A DNA stretch of 63,672 bases, counting the filler, from Octopus bimaculoides (lineage: Eukaryota), in assembly GCF_001194135.2 (NCBI RefSeq). It is 3 parts of 2 records of this genome, joined end to end, with 100 filler letters (N's around TTAATTAATTAA, not from the genome) between each part and the next. Parts side by side here need not be neighbours in the genome. Positions count along the whole stretch, not along the records: positions 51,861 to 63,672 come from NC_068981.1; 2 more parts are not named here. One strand, written 5' to 3'. Made by a program: the position numbers and the translations under genes. This document shows positions 58,446 through 63,672 of the stretch, in pieces. The notes below the pieces were generated by a model that saw only the letters and a list, made by a program, of their open reading frames with translations, was not told the origin of the DNA and made no database searches. The number at the start of each line of letters is the position of its first letter. The stretch's first letter is position 1.

Positions 58446-60244
58446 ATTTTGTTATTATTGTTATTGATTTTATAATTATTATTGTTATTACCTATAACAC
58501 ATTCATCAAATATGTTATTACCAACATAACAGAAGAATATCGTAAAGAAATATATAGAAAAATATCTATATGAAGCTTCTGGAATTCGCTAGTTGTGCCC
58601 TTTGCTCTTAATGCATTAATCTATATACGCATGGAATTGATCAGTCGTAGCATATTTGAGGCATGTAGGGTCAAGATCGCTAAACTTTTCACAAAATTCA
58701 TTCGTGCAGTTGTGTATCACACTCTTTGAATATATTCCCTCTCTTTCATTGAATACTAGTTAATACTCACTTCTTCTCTGTCTCTCTCCTCCTCTCTCAC
58801 TTTTTGTTTTCAATAGCTTAAGTTTCTAAAGAAATATGGCTGTCTTATAGACAATGTCTACTTGTTTGATATAACTTATTTCAAGGGACTGAAATAATAA
58901 TGTCGTTTGAAAAAATGTGTTTGAAATATTAGATTCGCTGTATCTAGTTAGAATGATGTTGTTCCTGATAACTACTTTGTGAAACATACCCTCAGTCACA
59001 GCTATGCAAAATTAATCCAGAATGTTAATATTTTATTTCTTATATTTGTATTTTCTTACGGAATATATGTAACATAATGAATTAATAAAGATATTTCTTT
59101 GTTTTTCAGCGAATGTATTTAAACATTCAGTGTAGTACTAGAATTAAAAATAGTTAAATGTATTAAGATATGTCATTTCTGTGAGACAGCGATATTTTTC
59201 ATCTCCAACAAAATATATTTTACAAAACTTAGACATTACACAAAATGTCACATTAAAATTGATGGAAAAACCACACGGTAATTTGAAATAAGATTATATA
59301 CATTCACATTGTATATCACACTAACGTAAACCGAATGAACGTTATCTAATTAATAAAGTAGGTGTGCACATGAGGAAAATGTTGTTTACTGTGGAATTTC
59401 TGCCTGTATTGCAGAAGAGACATTTTCCTCTACACATGTTACTTTTCACTTAGAACAATTCCTGTAAGTGAAACAGATTGAGCGTGTTTCATACAATAGT
59501 TAGCGGGTCTATTGTTTTTAATGTTAGCTCTTGCATTCCGAATTTTTAGCTTTATCTTAAAAAATATCAAAGCAATAATATACAAATTAAGGGAGAATCT
59601 AATTAGCGAATAGTCTTATAAACACGAACATACAATATGTAGCGTGTAATTTAACAATTTATATATCATTTGTTATCAATCAGTCACTAAGCGAGGCATA
59701 CTGATTGTGGTCGTAAAGGTGGTTTCGGTATAATTAAAACAAATATATTTTTCATTAACTCGTTCTATTTTTGATTTTTTCAGACATAAAAATATAATAA
59801 ATATTTGTCTAGTTTGCACGCACACATATATGATATGCTTCTATATATATAATAGCATAACACATACATATGTGCGGCTATGCACAGATTATATTTTTGT
59901 TGAACTGCCACCTTCTAAACATTATTTTGGATTGTTGTTTATTGTGACCATTTAGGTAGTCATCAGCACAGACTATCTTCGCGTAGATTTTCAGATAACA
60001 TGGCATTCACGAAACATTCATGAAATTTTCATGATTGAAAGCAGATGTCTCATCATTAAGTTGTCTTTGGTGAGGAAATTGTTTACTTTTGACAGTTTTA
60101 CTCATTCTTATTCCTCACGGTTTGGATCATGTATTTCCTAGAAATATTCATAACTGGATGCTGATATCTCATCATAAAGGTATCATCGTTCAGCACCAAA
60201 AACGCATATATAATGAAAAATCCATTAACGCACGCACACACCCA

Positions 60245-60285
<41 letters not shown>

Positions 60286-60330
60286 ACCTACAGACACACA
60301 CAGAGACACAGACACACACACACACACACA

Positions 60331-60382
<52 letters not shown>

Positions 60383-62199
60383 TATACAGAAATTTATATA
60401 TATTTATTGATACACCTGTATACATGACTAAATTCATAAATAATAATCCCTAAAAATAGAGGTTTCTGACTAAGAGAGTAATCAGTTATCTTCAATTACA
60501 AAAGTATAACCTGTAAGCCAGACTGTAAAATTAGGTCTTTCCACATATACACGATAGAAGCCATCTCATTCGTTACACATAAAATTCCAATAAGTAACGA
60601 AAGAAAGCTAACGTACAAATAAATAAGATAAGTGCCAAGTACACACTATGGGCGGAATTTACGGAATTAATGAGGACAAAACAGAATATCAAATGGATTA
60701 ACAAGAAAAGTAAATAGAAATCTAAAGAGGCGTATGTTGTATAGATTTGTATGTTTTTAGGCTTCTGAGTATGTATATAAATCTTTTAACCATACGCATT
60801 CACACAAAGTCTCTCTTTCTCTCTTACGCCCACTCACTTGCATATATGTACGTATGCTATTAAAGTACATATTTATGTGGCGTCAATGCGCATGCTTTGG
60901 AAACGGTATAATTCCGATATACCTTAATATCCGATGTACAAAACTATCAGTGCAAATCATACTAAAAACCATGTTATCAACCCAAAAAACCTACGGACTT
61001 CTGTGTGGTTGGGCAATGCACTAAAAATAGTAGCTAAAATTCTCCTAAATCACAACTTATTCTTGATATATGTAATGTAATGACGCAATGTAGCCTTAGT
61101 GATTCTGACTAAAGACGGATTTATGAAGGCAGTAATGTCTTTCATAATAGGTCAGATCCATTAAGGATTCGAGTAAGGATGATGTGGGGATAATCAACAT
61201 CTTTTGTGAATCAATATGTTTAATAATGTTATTTTAAAATGTCGTGGAATCTGTTTAATTCTCTTTTCTCTGTAAACATCGTCAAGATATCTTTATTTTG
61301 TCTTGTCTTTTGTGACATATCTCCACTGTATCAACTTACTAACGAACATGATCAACGGCTGTTGATAACATTTCCATACTGGTTCGGTATATGAAATCGA
61401 GAAGACGAACACACACACACACAAACACACCAAACACTAACACACACACACACACACACACGCACATACACACACACGCACATACACACACACGCATTTA
61501 CTTTAATTTCACTTTACCTATATCGATTTGTCTCTTTTATTTTTAATTTGGTTAAATAAGTCTAACAGTGTTGCAGTTATTTGGTATTTCTATTTATTTT
61601 CGGATGTAGAGCAAACTATAAAGTGTGTGTTTAATTTGATATCATAATACTTGCCGTGCATAAGATTTTTGGTATTTTTCTCTATTCTCGTACGCTTGTT
61701 ATTTTTCCATAGTTTTTCGTATTTTTGAGGTAAGACTTATGATGCTAAGCTGATTCTTTGAACATTGGTGTTAAATTCTGCCAAAGATGAGTATTAACCT
61801 CTTACCTTTTCATAATCTGTATGATCTGAATTGAGACTCGCAGAATTGAGACTCGGTGGATATAATATAATAAAGTTCTCCATTCTCAAATACAGTGTCA
61901 ACGATCACTAACAAAAGACTAAGGAAATAGATCTCAGGAATGAATAGACTGCCAGCTAAAATTCCTTGATGCTTGTTTCGGTGTGTCTTATATTTAAACT
62001 TTCCATTCTTGATATAATACTATGCACTTGTCAAATATTGCGATCCCTTAAAACAACTATCGTTTGTTTCCATGCAAATGTCAAAAGTGAACATTGTGCT
62101 AACTTGGGAAAATACCGGATTCCAATTCTGAATGAAATCATAAAGGAATTACAGAAAAAAGTTATTCATTAAAATACAAAAATAACAAATAATAAGAAC

Positions 62200-62245
<46 letters not shown>

Positions 62246-62248
<3 letters not shown>

Positions 62249-62817
62249 CATATTATCTCTGGCTGCCCAGTCCTGGCTAAGAAGGAATATATTCACAGAC
62301 ACGACAGAGCTGGGACCTATATACACTGGAAGCTATGCCAACATTATGGAATAGCAACAGAAAAAAGATGGTATAAACACACGCCAGAAAAGGTCACAGA
62401 AAACGAGAAAGCAACCATACTCTGGGATATGCCAATACACACAGATAGAGAAATTAAGGCAAATAGACCAGATATAGTTGTCAAAGATCATGAAGGAAAA
62501 AAATGCCTTCTANNNNNNNNNNGTGGAATCTAAAAACAGAAACAATTCCTATCATAGTAGGTGCCTTAGGAATAATAAAAAAATATTCAGACAAATACAT
62601 AACAAAAACACCAGGACTTACAAATATATATAACATACAGAAAATTGCACTACTGGGTACTGCACACATTCTACGCAAAACACTTTCAATACAGTAAACA
62701 TAAGAGCACCACAGCAAACCACAGCACATACCCAAGGCGCACAGAGCTGCGCTCGGTAGTGAAGTGAAAGCACGTTATAAAAATAAAACTACTGAATAAT
62801 AATAATAATAATAATAA
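62246..62817 (+). mobile_element. 5'-truncated R4/Dong-clade LINE (well-preserved copy) flanked by (AAT)n on both sides
   Basis: HIISGCPVLAKKEYIHRHDRAGTYIHWKLC..ILWDMPIHTDREIKANRPDIVVKD..WNLKTETIPIIVGALG..LLGTAHILRKTLSIQ*, then 3'UTR and (AAT)n. Confidence 0.92.
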
Positions 62818-63486
62818 TTGCAGCACAAGATCAAAGCCTTCCCACCAGAAATCACTGAAAACACCTAACGAAAAGAAAAACAAGTAACTGCAGAATATGT
62901 GATGATGGAGAAGAAACAATAAATTATATTGTCTCTGGCTGCCCAGTTCTGGTTAAGAAGGAATATATTCACAGACACGTCAGAGTTGGAACCTATACCA
63001 TCACTAAAAGAATAACAACAGAAAAAATATGCTATAGGCACACGCCAGAAAAGCAAACATAATCTGGACTATGCTCATGCACGCAAATAGAGAAATCAAG
63101 GCCAATAAGCCGGATATAGTTGTCCGAGGTCGCAAGAATAAAAAATGCTTTCTAATCAATGTATTAATACCAACAGATGACAATATAAAAATCAGGAAAT
63201 AGAGGTAATTCGAATGTGGAATTTAAAAACGGAAGCAATTTCATTTATAGTAGGCGCATTAAGCATGATTTTAAAAATACATTTAGTCAAATGCATAACA
63301 AAAACACGAGGATTTACAGTATGTGTAGCATACAAAAAATAGCACTACTTGACACCGCACACATCTTACGTAAAATACTTTCAATACAGTGAAAATAAGA
63401 GCATCACAACAGACCACAGCACATACCAAAGGCACACAGATCTGCGCTCCGTAGTGTAGTCAAAGCACGTGATAAAAATATGACTA

Positions 63487-63570
<84 letters not shown>
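62818..63570 (+). mobile_element. Second, more decayed 5'-truncated copy of the same R4/Dong family, head-to-tail with the first
   Basis: AAQDQSLPTRN..CRICDDGEETINYIVSGCPVL..ANKPDIVV..; 3'UTR homologous to 62700-62790; long (AAT)n tail at about 63490-63570. Confidence 0.88.
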
Positions 63571-63672
63571 CAATCAACACTACTAAGTAACAAGAAGAAA
63601 ACAAAAATACTGTACAAATACAGCATTACAGAAAAAGACTTACCTGAGGCAAAAGAAAAACTAAAGCAAGAC

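Noticed and set aside
810-63604. Numerous ORFs rich in HT, VC, YI, SL, poly-I, poly-M, poly-H, poly-S or poly-L
   Set aside because: They are translations of CA, TA, CT, AAT, GAT and TTC microsatellites, open on several frames and both strands.

Overview
AT-rich animal genomic DNA from a draft assembly with many N gaps. The SINE, LINE and microsatellite make-up resembles an octopus (coleoid cephalopod) genome; this is inferred from recalled repeat sequences, not from a database search. I found no intact protein-coding gene, rRNA, true tRNA gene or CRISPR array, and almost every ORF in the track is a translated microsatellite or N run. The window contains: (i) several tRNA-derived SINE families; (ii) RTE, CR1 and R4/Dong-clade LINE remnants, including a near-full-length R4/Dong element at 53.8-57.6 kb and two truncated copies inside (TAA)n tracts; (iii) Penelope-like remnants and six minimal type I hammerhead-ribozyme motifs, one in a 218-bp module that interrupts a CR1 and is flanked by an 11-bp target-site duplication (TSD); (iv) mariner remnants, two of them in inverted or fold-back arrangements; (v) piggyBac-like, hAT-like and palindromic MITEs. 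CpG content rises visibly near 31.3 kb, coinciding with an artificial 100-bp scaffold linker. A few unique segments look exon-like, but they could not be assembled into a gene. Family labels SINE-A, -C, -E, -F, -G and -H are my own working names.
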